Below are positions 49,062 to 60,470 of a stretch of DNA of 64,000 nt, piece after piece. The notes under the pieces are model-generated. The model was given only the letters and a program-made list of their open reading frames with translations, ran no database searches and was not told where the DNA came from. The DNA comes from Eukaryota sp. GEM-RC1 (taxonomy: Eukaryota): the NCBI GenBank assembly GCA_040285855.1, contig JAUFOQ010000002.1:3100001-3164000 (forward strand), written 5' to 3'. A program made the position numbers and the translations under genes. Every line of letters starts with the position of its first letter. Positions within the stretch are counted from its first letter, which is position 1.

Positions 49062-49694
49062 ATGGATTCCATTTTTCTTAGAGAACAGATCAACGTTCCT
49101 ACTGATCTTCCAACTATTCTTACAGAGTGGTCTAAAGCTGTTATCAGAAATCAGCCCCGCGATTTGTATGAATTTTCCGCAAACTACTTTGCTGCCCTTG
49201 CAAACACTTCTCTGGGTGAAGAAAAGTACACAGTCGCTCCATTTGAAGTAAAACCTGATACTCTTCGCGAATTATCTTCCCTGCTGCACTCATCTGACCC
49301 TTCCCAATCACTTTCACTTACTCGTCTTCAAATAGTAGCACAGTCCAGATCCGTATATATTCCTCCGGATGTTACTAACTCTGTTCTAGATCTTCTTTCA
49401 GTTGAATCCAACACTGTTTCATGGCCTGCTTTTGTTGCAATTTTGACTACTTTGGCAACTTCCTCTTTCAAGGACAGTCTACGTCTCTTAGTTTCCTGCT
49501 TTGAATCTGTCTTTGGCGACCAGATTCCTCTGCCTGTCCTTCTAACATCCATAGTGTCTATTGTTGAAAGAGATGCAGATATGAAACATCATATGGATAC
49601 TTTAGTAACTCTTACTGGAGATGATGACTGGAAATCTACGACGTTTTCTTCTGCTGAGTTTCTTGACTTGCCTGAAATCCGTCAGTTGCTGTAG
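49062..49694 (+). CDS. ROPN1L: Ropporin-like / radial spoke protein 11 (RIIa D/D domain)
   Basis: EQINVPTDLPTILTEWSKAVIRNQPRDLYEFSANYFAAL. Confidence 0.8.
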   Translation: MDSIFLREQINVPTDLPTILTEWSKAVIRNQPRDLYEFSANYFAALANTSLGEEKYTVAPFEVKPDTLRELSSLLHSSDPSQSLSLTRLQIVAQSRSVYIPPDVTNSVLDLLSVESNTVSWPAFVAILTTLATSSFKDSLRLLVSCFESVFGDQIPLPVLLTSIVSIVERDADMKHHMDTLVTLTGDDDWKSTTFSSAEFLDLPEIRQLL

Positions 49695-49812
49695 ATTTGT
49701 TTTTGACGTCATTATTTTTTTTATTTGTACTATATTTATTTGATTGCAAGGAGATTCTCAATTTTAACATTTATAAAAAATACAGTTTTTGGTTCAATTC
49801 AAGGACATTAAT

Positions 49813-50568
49813 CTATGGATCAGCTTCGGAGACACTCATTCGTCTAAGAATCTCTTCCTTGGCAAAAACAAATGCTTCAGGATATTCTTTTCTCAATTCC
49901 TCAGCAACATGAGCCCAAGTTTCAACATCGCTTCTCAACTTCTGATTTTGTTCTAATGTTGTCTTAATAAGATCTGTTAAATATGCTACTTCTTCTTCAG
50001 TAGATTGGATTGATTTTGAAATGGTCTCTGTTAATTCAAGAGGATCTGATGAAACAGGTAGATTACAAACTGATGACGACGAAGATGAAGGTTCCCTTGG
50101 TTTTCTTCTAGATGTAACAAATTCTAGATCCATGTCTTTACATTCAGGACAATGCAATGGCACTCTGCCTTGCTTATTATGTTCAAACTCCTTGAGTTAC
50201 AGAAAAAATGTAGACAAACCATTCCACATTCTTTACATGTAGGATTTTTTCTTTTCTGGTTTTGATAAAATCCTACAATCAGGACAAAACGGTGGTGCCT
50301 ATTATAAGTAACAAAATGACAAACTTTTGCTGATCCGGTATACAAGAATTCACCTGCACATGTTTCACATGTAGCGGTTAGCAAGGAATCAATATAATCT
50401 AAATCTTGTTCAAATCTTTTAGCATAGGGTTGAATTTTGCAATTTGGACATCTGTTTGGAAGGCGTCAATAATTAAATAGAAAACAAAGCATACCCTCGT
50501 TGCTTCATACGGGTAAATTGAGTGTTACATACTTCACAGGTTATAACAACAGTTCCTGGGGAAGTCAT
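49813..50568 (-). CDS. Protein with three CxxC-x(n)-CPxC zinc ribbons and a C-terminal coiled coil, spliced
   Basis: CEVC/CPNC, CETC/CPDC and CKEC/CPEC pairs joined by GT-AG introns (e.g. 50299-50324, 50191-50219); also needs frameshifts. Confidence 0.55.
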
Positions 50569-50627
50569 GTCAGGAAAAAGTATTTGAATTAGCCAAATTT
50601 TTGCTCTTCCTCACCAAAAACCCTTGT

Positions 50628-51652
50628 ATGAATTGGTTCGCTGGGTCATCCAGCTCTTTAAAGACTCAAGAAGTAGCTTCTACCCAAGTTTCCAATGATT
50701 CTATCGCTTCACTTTCTTGGGCTCCCAATGGTCCCTACTTGGCTTCTACTTCGTGGGATGGTGAAGCTCGAGCCTATCAAGTTGATCCTTCATCTGGTCG
50801 CGCAGAGCAGAAACTAACCATCAAACGTCAGTACCCTCTTCTAAGTTCGTGCTGGACTTCTGATGGTACCAAGGTCTTAATTGGTTCTGCAGACAAGGAA
50901 CTATCCATCTGGGATATAGCATCCAACCAATTCACCAAATTTGGATCCCACAACGACTCTGTGTCATTCATCAAATCCATCCCAGAGCACAATTTGTACG
51001 TTTCTGGAGGCTGGGACGGTGCTCTGCACTACCATGACCTCCGATCTCCGAACCCTGTCAAATCCCTTAATCTCAACTCTCCTATCATTGGTTTAGATGT
51101 ACGTAAGAACGCCATCCTTGTTTGTTTGGCTTCTCTCCAAATGCACGCTTTCATGATGCCCAATGTTGACCAACCAGTTCTTTCCAAGCGGTGTTCCTCA
51201 ATTCATCTCCCACGTGCTGTAGCTTTATCCAACGACCTCACCTTCTTCGTAGAAGCCTGTATAGAAGGTCGATGTGCTCTACACTCTCTTAGTAATCCCT
51301 CAATGGATCCCTTTAGATTCAAATGTGCTCACAACCCTCAGATGCGTGAACTCTATGCCACCAACGTCGTTTCCTTTCATCCCAATCCCACTGGAGGATA
51401 CGAGGGAATCTTTTGACCGCTGGGTCAGATGGAAACGTGGTGTTTTGGAATGGTATAGGGCGGTCCAAGGTGAAAACGATTGGCGTGGGTTATACTAAGA
51501 CACCAGTGACTGCAGGGGGCTTTAATAGTGATGGAAAGATGATTGCTATTGCTTATGGCTATGATTGGAGCAAGGGCGATTTCCAACATCGGTTTAAAAC
51601 GTCGATTTCGATAAGTGTTCTCCCTGATAGCTATCTGCAAACGAAGAAGTAG
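50628..51652 (+). CDS. RAE1: mRNA export factor Rae1/Gle2 (WD40), frameshift near 51412
   Basis: DSIASLSWAP, IEGRCA, FRFKC.H, TAGSDG, AYGYDWSKG. Confidence 0.88.
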
Positions 51653-52768
51653 GGCTGTTAATTGTTGTTGTTTTGTTTCTTGGTTATTTATTAGATTTTG
51701 TTTTATTATTGGGGGAGTTTTTTTGTGCAGTGGTTTTGTTTGATGTTCATTAGGTTAAAAATTACGTGTTTAGAATTACATATATTAAAATTGAAAACAT
51801 ATTTTATAATTTTTGAAAGGATATTTGGATGTCTTACAATCATATTTATTGATTATTTTAAACCCTACATTAATGTACGACTGAAGGTATCATAAATTCA
51901 TTTTTTATGGGATATGTAAATCAAATTGAACAAGTGTTTCTTGATCGGCAATGAGTTTTAACAACAATGATTCATGCTCAAGCTCTACGTGGAATGGCTC
52001 TTCGACAACGTTGGATTTTTTTTTTGGAATTGTTCAATTGAAGTGTAGTTCAACATTTGTGATCGTGTTATTTACCATCAATGAATTTCTGTGTATGTTG
52101 AGAGTTTTTTTAATACTTGTACAATTCCATTTTAAAAATAATTCTGTTTATGCAATTGTTCAATACCAACTAGAAGTCTTAGTACAAAAGTGAATCTCTT
52201 ATTGAGCAATTGTTGCAGTTTCAAAAATAGAACAAATGTCATTGTTCCATCGATCAATGCTGAACTTACGGTTTAAAGCAACAAAAATCCCCATCAAATC
52301 TTATCACAGATATATCCTAATAAAAGGAACTCTCTGCAAGTTATGCTTTGGGGACGATTAGGGGAATTGCTTTAACCAATAACCCAAACAATTTGTAACA
52401 GCTGACGATGTACTTTGTTTGGTATGATGACATAACATAATGGTGCCGTGATAACACGTGTTTTGACAATCACATCATCAACACACGTCTAAAATTAGAA
52501 GAACCGGTGTGCTCATTGAGACTTTGGCCTCTAAGAATGAAACCAGTCACTTAGTCAGATTCAACAAAGTCGTGCTACTATGAATTTAAACTAGTTTATG
52601 AAGAAGAAAAGGTATAGAAAGTACAACAGCGCTCACAGCTGTCACCGAATTAGTCTCCTTTGACATTGACGGTAGGGGGGTCTAGGGGAGCTCGACACGA
52701 GGTAACTTATGGATATTAAGGCTTCTGGGATGTAGTTGACGCGGTGGCAAAACTTGAACGTCTTCATT

Positions 52769-52939
52769 CTAGACATACTTCAAAAGTACAGCCAGAGCGA
52801 AGATGACACCTGGAAGCCATCCCACAATAGTCAGAATGACACTAATCCAAAACTTAGTGTTAAGGAAATCACCGTTCATTGCCACGGCAAGAGGAGGTAG
52901 GAGAATGGCGATAACCAAAAGCAGAAGAGGAACTGTCAT
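52769..52939 (-). CDS. PMP3: Plasma membrane proteolipid 3 (Pmp3/UPF0057) family, 56 aa
   Basis: Manual translation MTVPLLLLVIAILLPPLAVAMNGDFLNTKFWISVILTIVGWLPGVIFALAVLLKYV*; absent from the ORF track. Confidence 0.9.
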   Translation of the reverse strand: MTVPLLLLVIAILLPPLAVAMNGDFLNTKFWISVILTIVGWLPGVIFALAVLLKYV

Positions 52940-53268
52940 GTGAAGAAGGAAGGAAAATCCTCTAAAAATGCATCTTCATCAAAACTGATGTACTTCTGTG
53001 ATCTGCAACCACCTACTAGTAAATCTTGGCTGACATGCTCCTTCAACTCACCATGATTAATGTACTTGGCTTTCACTGTGTAATACTAGGATGAGAGTTG
53101 GATTTCGCGAATTTCAATAGAGCTGTCTATATAAAAAAGGTCTTTTATACATACGTTTCCATTTTGTTTACAACATAGGCAGCAGCTTCAGATGTATCAG
53201 TAGCTTGACGAATATTTAGAACACTTCAACTCTACACATTCATCATATTATCTACAGACGGCTCCAAC

Positions 53269-53955
53269 CAGTGATGTACAAAATTAGTAGCCGTAAATTA
53301 TTTCCGTATTTTTACAGTTGCCGTATTTTACGGCAAGTTTGAAACGAAGTGAGAATACGCGAAATACGGAAAAATATTTGTATTATTGAAACTCCAAATC
53401 TAAGAGCAAATAAAGATCAAAACCATGATCCACCACTAATCAGAATGGGCATGTTAATATTCTTCAGAATGACCTGCATGCAGAACGGTGTCATCAGTGT
53501 CCAGTAGTTATGTATAGAAGAAAAAATTGACGTCTTAAAGGTTTCCACTTCAAACGATGACGATGGTCAACATAATACGGTTTTTCAAGTTGTCTTAGCA
53601 GGAGTATCACATTTGATTAATAAAAACAATAAGGTTGTACCAGCTTCTAAGTATTTCAGCTCTTGTCGTGTATCCAACCCAGTCAATTCTCTTCTTTCAA
53701 GTACTAGAGCGACATACAATGGCTCAGTTGTTTCAGAACTCATGAAAATGATCAAGATTACTTTGATGTTTCGATTTATGGGGTATACAATAAGAGTATT
53801 TTAAATTCTCACTAAGGAAACATTTACCGTAAATAATTTCCGTATTTTGACAGTTACCGTATTTTACGGATACCGAGTACAGTGCCGTACCGTACTTTAC
53901 GGTAGTGTACGGCAAATAGAATAGTGTACGGTACGCTATTGTTTGTACATCACTG
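53269..53955. mobile_element. hAT MITE
   Basis: TIR CAGTGATGTACAAA...TTTGTACATCACTG; 8-bp TSD GCTCCAAC (53261-53268, 53956-53963); CCGTA/TACGG subterminal motifs. Confidence 0.93.
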
Positions 53956-54080
53956 GCTCCAACTCCAACTCAGGTACAATGTATACTATGCCACATCAAC
54001 AGTAGCTTCTTTTGTCAAGCCGATGTATTGCGCCATAAATTGATACAAGAATTTTCCAAGTATGTTTTACTTTAAATATT

Positions 54081-54425
54081 CTAAATATGTTTTTGATTAG
54101 GAGGATCCGGTGCATACTTTCCATGAAGTTCATGTTTATGTTGTGTGTGAATTCTCTCCAAATATGCAGTGTCTCGTAGATCTTGGTGAGGTTCTAAATG
54201 ACTTTCTCTAGTTGCTCGCCCTCTTCTAGAAGGGTGTTCTTCATCCAGGTTTGCTATTGATCGTGGACCAGTCTTGACTGTAAGTGGCGTACCTGATCCA
54301 TGATTGAGATTCTTCTTTGGATTAACTGGAATACGTTTGTCCGAAAGTTTTTTCTCCATTCTGGAGTTTGGAGGTTGTGTCGCAAACTTCTTCGTTTGTT
54401 CTCTAGGTCCTCTAGTTCTTGGCAT
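54081..54425 (-). CDS. Short basic hypothetical ORF
   Basis: 114-aa ATG ORF directly downstream of a dispersed ~105-bp repeat. Confidence 0.3.
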   Translation of the reverse strand: MPRTRGPREQTKKFATQPPNSRMEKKLSDKRIPVNPKKNLNHGSGTPLTVKTGPRSIANLDEEHPSRRGRATRESHLEPHQDLRDTAYLERIHTQHKHELHGKYAPDPPNQKHI

Positions 54426-54526
54426 TGAAAAAGTGGGTTTCGATTAGCATCTACGTTAGTAATTATTAACAGGATATCATTTTCCCTTCATACCGCTAAC
54501 CAGTGATGTACAGTCACCAACAACAT
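54423..54526. repeat. Dispersed ~105-bp repeat, copy 1
   Basis: Closely matches 62256-62359 (CATTGAAAAAGTGGGTTTCGATTA...CAGTGATGTACAGTCACCAACAACAT). Confidence 0.85.
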
Positions 54527-54625
54527 CTAAAAATGCCATAGACCAATAGGGTCATAACGGTTAGAAACGTACGGAAGTTTCTGTGGTCATTCACATATTT
54601 TACAACTACATATATAAACTATATG

Positions 54626-54776
54626 CGGCACCCAATAAGGTAACCTTCCTACAAAACTATGAAATTGTAAAAACAAACAAATAATATTAAAATTAAATCC
54701 AAACGACTTCATCACCACCTGGTAAAAGATTACGTTTTTCAACATTAACCTTCACACCAAACTTGTACAATTTCTC
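54626..54776 (-). mobile_element. Heavily 5'-truncated copy of the CRE-type element 3' end
   Basis: Reverse complement closely matches 25668-25818 (GAGAAATTGTACAAGTTTGG...CCTTATTGGGTGCCG). Confidence 0.9.
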
Positions 54777-54998
54777 AAAAAAAAGTTACAGTAATGTCTG
54801 GTTTTAAAAAAAAGAAAATTGGTTCATTTAAGAAGAGTCAAGAAATATAGAGATACAAATAGTGTATTATCATTGTTGATATACAAAAACAACTTTTTGA
54901 AAAACAATGGCATGAACACCAAGACCTCCAAAACCTATACAAGAAAAACGATTTTCAGCTGAAAAAAGGAATAGTTGGCTAATAATACAAATATAATA

Positions 54999-55542
54999 TC
55001 AACCAAAACTGAACTTTGATACAGTAACCATCGCAACAATAAATCCAAAAATAGAAAACGCTGAAGCAAAGACTTCACAAATAAACACTTTAACAAATAG
55101 ACTTTCGTTACGTGCATCTGCAACAGCACACCCTCCTCCTACGATACCAATAGATACACTGAAATGAGAACTAAGAGCAAACATACCCACAGACAAGATT
55201 TGTTAGTCCTGCAACAAGACATCCCCAGAAGATGGCATAAGAAGTAGTTACCACGTTGACGCAGTTTAATTCATCAGGAAATTCTTCCTTATTTACAAAG
55301 ATAATGGCAACAATAACTCCAAAGATGGCAACAGCTTCACAAAAGATGATGGAGATGAGATTGCGGGAACGGATTCTTGGGGATTTTATTCCAGCTCCAA
55401 GAAGTGAAACGCCAGTAGAAACGATACCCCATCCAGATCCAAGAACAGAAAGAAAGATACATAACGCGATTCCAACATTAGTGAATGCCCAAGGAGAGAT
55501 ATAGCCTAGGATGGTTTCTTCACAAGGAAATTCTTCTGACAT
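54999..55542 (-). CDS. VMA16: V-ATPase proteolipid subunit c'' (Vma16/ATP6V0B)
   Basis: PRIRSRNLISIIFCEAVAIFG, GLTNLVCG|VSIGIVGGGCAVADA; 28-nt intron 55159-55186. Confidence 0.93.
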
Positions 55543-57139
55543 CAGCTAATAGCTTATTAATGTCAAATAATAGTGACCCGGTTAGATCACTGGAGGGAGA
55601 GAAAATTATCTGGGGTTTTCATTTTAGTTGCATTTTAGAACCCCATTCAAGAACACCACTACGAAGAACACTTTTTCTGTTTTCTACCTATCAACATACA
55701 GTCTGTAGCAAAACATGCTAGTCCCTATGTCCCATTGTTTGTGAGGACCCTCAACCATGAAGAACCATGCTTCAAACAACAAAGCTCGTGTTATACATGC
55801 TCTCAGTACCTGACAAACGTTCCTACATAGATCTAGAACTATACAATGCCTCATCGGTGCCACAGATATGGATATGAGTGTTGTCATCAAGTTTGTGTAT
55901 CCACATTATGTTTTGTCCTCTGTATATGTCTGTAACAATACTAAACACCAACAACATATTTGAGGGTCCCTATCTTATATAAAAACAGACATTTTTCATG
56001 TTATTTAACAGATATCTATGGGTCTTTATTGAAAAGATTACAAGCCGATATGGATTAGAGTTGCCGTCGACTGGACTCGAGTCAAAAACTCTAAGTACAC
56101 TCGGGCACAGACTCGAGTCGCGCCGATCGTCACACACACACAAACCAATTGTTCTCAAGTGAAGAAGATGTTGACCTCTTTGTCAACTTCGAAAGGAGTT
56201 GGGGTATAAACATTGAGTACAGGAACCTGGAGTACGTAAATAAGAATGTTCCTTGTCAGGCTACTGAAAAATTGTACAAACTAAGAGACTGACGAGATGA
56301 AAGAGTGGGCGGAGGAATGTTAAAAGGTTGACCACTGTCTTCAGGAAAGATCAGAGGCTTCTTACATGGAGGGGAAACAATTTGATGGGCTACAACATGG
56401 AATTACGATGAGCATAAATCTCCTTGAAGGACGTATTGAAGAGAGGGGGGAATGGTTGGTTGCTCTCAGTCTTGAAGACATGAAAGCAGGGGATTTAGAG
56501 AGGGTAGATCTTGAGAAGGGTAGATCTTCTGAGCGAAATAGAAGACTTGAAACGATAGAAGATTTCTGAGATCTCGGAAACAAACTGTAAGGAACAAAAC
56601 TCTTTCGGGAAGAATCAGTGTAAACGGCACAATGAATCCAGTCTTCGGGATTGTATTAAGCTTCAATAAGTGATGAAATCAAGACTAACATTCGGATGAC
56701 AAGATGTCAGTTGTACTTACTGATAATTCATTCAAGATCTCATCAGCACCAGTGAAATCGTTGGTTGAGGAGAAATGGAGGATCTTCTGCTTCGGCCGAA
56801 GATGCTGAAAGGCGAAAAGACGAATTGAATCGAACATGTAGAGATGGTGTCTTCTTAGTAAATGTAGATAAGACATCCCAAAGTAAAATTAAAAAGAAAA
56901 GATATATTGACAAGATCAACCTATACAGAACCAGACCAAAGAGGAATGATGGATAAAAGAATCAAGATCATGAGCAAATATAATTGAGAACCAGTAAGCA
57001 ACGAGCGTACTTGAGTGTCTGTATCAGTCTGGCCATGAATACTCACAGACAACGCTATTTTTTATGATGTATTACAAACAAATTAATAAACACATTGTTG
57101 AAGAAGTTAACTGGAAACTGAAAAACAATCATAAATTGA

Positions 57140-58936
57140 TTGCCAATGTCGTGTACTCGTTTCTGCAGCGCTGCTGCATTCTTCCAGGAACGTGCACGGG
57201 CTTCAATTGTTGAAGACGTGGCCTTCTTAACAAAGGCAGCTTACTGGACGTCTCTCTTTGTCCGTAAGTTTCTCCACCAATTCCCCGAATTGGGTAGTTG
57301 GGCCACAACTCATGACTTCTGGGTCACAGCATTTGATTTCATGCTGAAGACCAATCCCAGATCTAGGGCCCAGTTCCAGGACAAGCCAAACCGGCATCCT
57401 GAAGTCTTTGCCGCCTTCTGGCAGACCAAATCTGCTTGGCCATACGGGGTGCTAGCCGGCCAAGTTGATGCTCAACTGGTATCAGCTCGGGCGAAACAAT
57501 TGGCCCAGAATCACCGCCAGATTCTGACTGACGGACCAGTGGTGTGGTCAACCAATTGGTTCCACACCATGGCTCAGTTACGAGGATGTCCTGTCCCAAA
57601 GGCATACTCAAAAGCCTGTGTTGGGACCAGCTCCTTTCCTCCATCCGTGCGTCAGTGGGTAGGGTCCAACCACCAAAGACTTCTAGAAGAATTTATCAAC
57701 TGTCTTGGTGGACCCGCTGCCTACTCACAGTGGCTTGAGATCCTCTCCAGTCGGTCTTTGCTGTTGAGTAGCGAGAAGGCCTCGTTTATATCAACAAGAG
57801 GTCTGAGATTGCTCTCCTACTTGGAAGCAATAGCTCCCGTGCTCATGAAGCGCAATAGGCTCTCACCTATTGCGTCTTTTGTACCAGGGATGATCACCCT
57901 CAGCGAACAGACCCTGGCTCGATACTGCCGCCTAAATGATACTAGGGCCTTAATGATTTCTCCATATGAAAAGCACCACGAGAAGCCTTCCAGATATCCC
58001 ACGTGGGCCATGTCTACTAATGGCCTCAGTGTTTATGTTTCCTTTCAACCAAAGGTTCGTCTGAAACGACGACGAAGAACCAAAGCCGAAATGGAGGTGG
58101 CTCGTGATGCAGGCAGCATTGATGATTTTCGCCCTAGAGAAGTAAATCGAAAAAAGAATCTTAAAGGCAAAATCCCAAGACGAAATTGGCAAGAGGTTCC
58201 AGATGATTCTTGGCCTCAAAACCCAGTTGATCCTTTCTTCGTTGCCATCGACCCCAACCACAAGAACTTATGTGGTTGGACTGCAGGGGTAACTGATCCC
58301 GATGGACCACAACACTCAGGTCTCCTGCTGAACCCTAAACCAGAAGAATGGGTTCCTGAACGCACGATTACTCAGCTGAGTGCTGATGTGTACCTTGCTC
58401 AAGACTTCGACCAGTACTTGTTTGAGATCACAGCTACACGTGAAAACCTGGGGAATCAGTCTATTGTTGACTTTCACCTAAGTCAGGGCCTTGTTTGGGA
58501 GCGTCGAAGACGAAAGTTCGATTTTTTGATAAGAAAACAACAACGATTAGACAATTTTGTTGTAAAGATAGAGAAGCTAGCCGAAAACAGGCCTGTTTAC
58601 ATTTGGTTTGGAAAAGGAGGAGATGGAGCATCACGCCAGGCTGTCAAGAGTCCAAGAACATGGTTTCTGAAAGCTCTGAAAACTCGATTTGATCATGTAA
58701 AGATGGGAGATGAATACTATACATCAGCTAAAGTGGCTTGTCACCGTCAGTTTGGAAGGAAACTTCGTGTACTTGTGAATGGAAATATGAAGACTCTGTA
58801 CACCCACTTTCAATGTCCGGTATGCTCTTTAATTTGGTCTAGGGACATTTCAGCGTCCATCAACCAGTGGTACATCGCTCTGGAGGAATACTATCACAAT
58901 AGTAGGCCGATAGAGTTTCGACGTCCACATAGATAA
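57140..58936 (+). CDS. Intact Fanzor (TnpB-like RNA-guided endonuclease), ~598 aa
   Basis: TNGLSVYVSF; RuvC-I VAIDPN (D 58250); YIWFGKG; RuvC-II GDEYYTSAKVACH (E 58712); FQCPVCSLIWSRDISASIN (D 58844); terminal RPIEFRR. Confidence 0.9.
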   Translation: MPMSCTRFCSAAAFFQERARASIVEDVAFLTKAAYWTSLFVRKFLHQFPELGSWATTHDFWVTAFDFMLKTNPRSRAQFQDKPNRHPEVFAAFWQTKSAWPYGVLAGQVDAQLVSARAKQLAQNHRQILTDGPVVWSTNWFHTMAQLRGCPVPKAYSKACVGTSSFPPSVRQWVGSNHQRLLEEFINCLGGPAAYSQWLEILSSRSLLLSSEKASFISTRGLRLLSYLEAIAPVLMKRNRLSPIASFVPGMITLSEQTLARYCRLNDTRALMISPYEKHHEKPSRYPTWAMSTNGLSVYVSFQPKVRLKRRRRTKAEMEVARDAGSIDDFRPREVNRKKNLKGKIPRRNWQEVPDDSWPQNPVDPFFVAIDPNHKNLCGWTAGVTDPDGPQHSGLLLNPKPEEWVPERTITQLSADVYLAQDFDQYLFEITATRENLGNQSIVDFHLSQGLVWERRRRKFDFLIRKQQRLDNFVVKIEKLAENRPVYIWFGKGGDGASRQAVKSPRTWFLKALKTRFDHVKMGDEYYTSAKVACHRQFGRKLRVLVNGNMKTLYTHFQCPVCSLIWSRDISASINQWYIALEEYYHNSRPIEFRRPHR

Positions 58937-58956
58937 TTATATTATCTTTCATGTAT

Positions 58957-59030
58957 TGCTCCTAGAGGGAAGATGATGTTTCCAACAGAGATCGGAACTC
59001 ATTAGTCTAGGAGCGTTTGTGGTTGATCTC
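58957..59030 (+). ncRNA. Candidate Fanzor omegaRNA scaffold (locus 3)
   Basis: Perfect 9-bp stem GCTCCTAGA (58958-58966)/TCTAGGAGC (59006-59014); loop GAGATC (58988-58993) is complementary to downstream GATCTC (59025-59030). Confidence 0.6.
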
Positions 59031-60009
59031 CTTGGGTCTCCTACTTTTACAATGGACTCCCAAGATATGTTTGTGAATGGGTAATTTGTGAACTAAGAAT
59101 TCCGAAGAATCCATTTCAAATGAAATCCACAGATGCAGAAGTTCTTTTCCTCTTCCTCTGCTCCAGTGTTTTTGGAGTTCGTGTACGTACAAATTTGTTA
59201 AGTACGTACTTCTTTGTAAATACGTACTCGTACGTACTTCACGTACTTTCCTGTTCTGAAGTCTAATCTGCATTGATTGACCCCTTTTGTTCTCAAGATA
59301 AGGGGTCATAACAACACCAATATTGTATGAACATTTGTTGAACTCATAAAACACTTTATCATCATCTTGAAAAAACACACCAGTTCAAAGTCTGCAGCAG
59401 AAATCAGGATGTGGAACTGTACTTGTCTTAAGAAGGGGTTCTTCAACGGCTAAGCAAGTCCTTCTTTCAGACGTCAGGAGGTGCATCAGTAGGTTTGATT
59501 CCAATGTTAGCTAATTCCCTCAGTAAGAGGTGTTATAAAAGCAGATGTTTACAAAAGTTTTATGTGTACCATGAGAAATAAACTCCACTTGACTAACAGT
59601 GTGCTAAGTCGCTTGAAAAGAACGCCTGAGTATCAAACTAAGAAGTGTATTAGGAGAACTGGTGTAAATGGAGGTGGATGAACGACTCAGAACAGATGAA
59701 ACGTATTGCACAACAGGATTCTATGAAGAAACAGAGATGATGAGCATAAGAATGTAGGTGGGTTAGAGAAGTACGATAAGTACGGAAAATACGGACTGAA
59801 CTTAGAAGTTCAAATACGGCGTATTTAGGCTGAAGTACGCGTATTTCCGAAACAGTGCTCTGCTCTAAGTGCGTTTTCCTCTGACATGTTCATCTACAAT
59901 ATGAATCATGTTCAACACAGCTTTTCTGTGCATTCTGTTTGAGCTTCTCATCTCAACCAGAGGTGGGAAAAAATATTTCTATTTAAATGATTTTCTTTTT
60001 TTTTAAAAT

Positions 60010-60272
60010 AAATCAATTTTTGGTAATATTGGTCCAGCCAGTTTAAAGTTTTTCAGTGATTTTAGTCTTTTATGTCGTTCTAATGGCAAGGTGTTTAATA
60101 GCGCTGTATGGATTAATCGAATTATGTTCGCTCTTTATAGAAGCATTCCCAAGTATTTATGTTCCATTTATTCGAAGTTGTATAGGGACAATTCTCGTGT
60201 TGATGAGGAGAATTTAACTTCTTTCATTTTCTGAATTAGTATGTATTAATTTATTGTTGCAAATAAACTCCT
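60010..60272 (+). mobile_element. CRE-type retrotransposon 3' fragment inside the outer hAT
   Basis: Encodes FGNIGPASLKFFSDF...WINRIMFALYRSIPKY; last ~110 nt match 26321-26432 inverted. Confidence 0.8.
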
Positions 60273-60470
60273 ATATTGCATAAAAAGATTTATTTCTTTT
60301 CTTCCCATATTGAAATATATATTTTTCATCATGACTGATTGAAATATTTATTGTTCGTCATGTATTAATTTGCAATATTTTTCTTGTTTCTACCAAATTG
60401 AAAACAGTTCGAATAATGTTCTCCACAATTACAGAAGGTACATTTCTTGTATTTCGTGTTGATTCTTCCC

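Noticed and set aside
52585..52771. Frame continuing past TAG codons after PMP3, suggesting stop-codon reassignment
   Set aside because: TAG terminates PA2G4, RAE1, eIF3c and ROPN1L at plausible C-termini, and long conserved ORFs contain no in-frame TAG.
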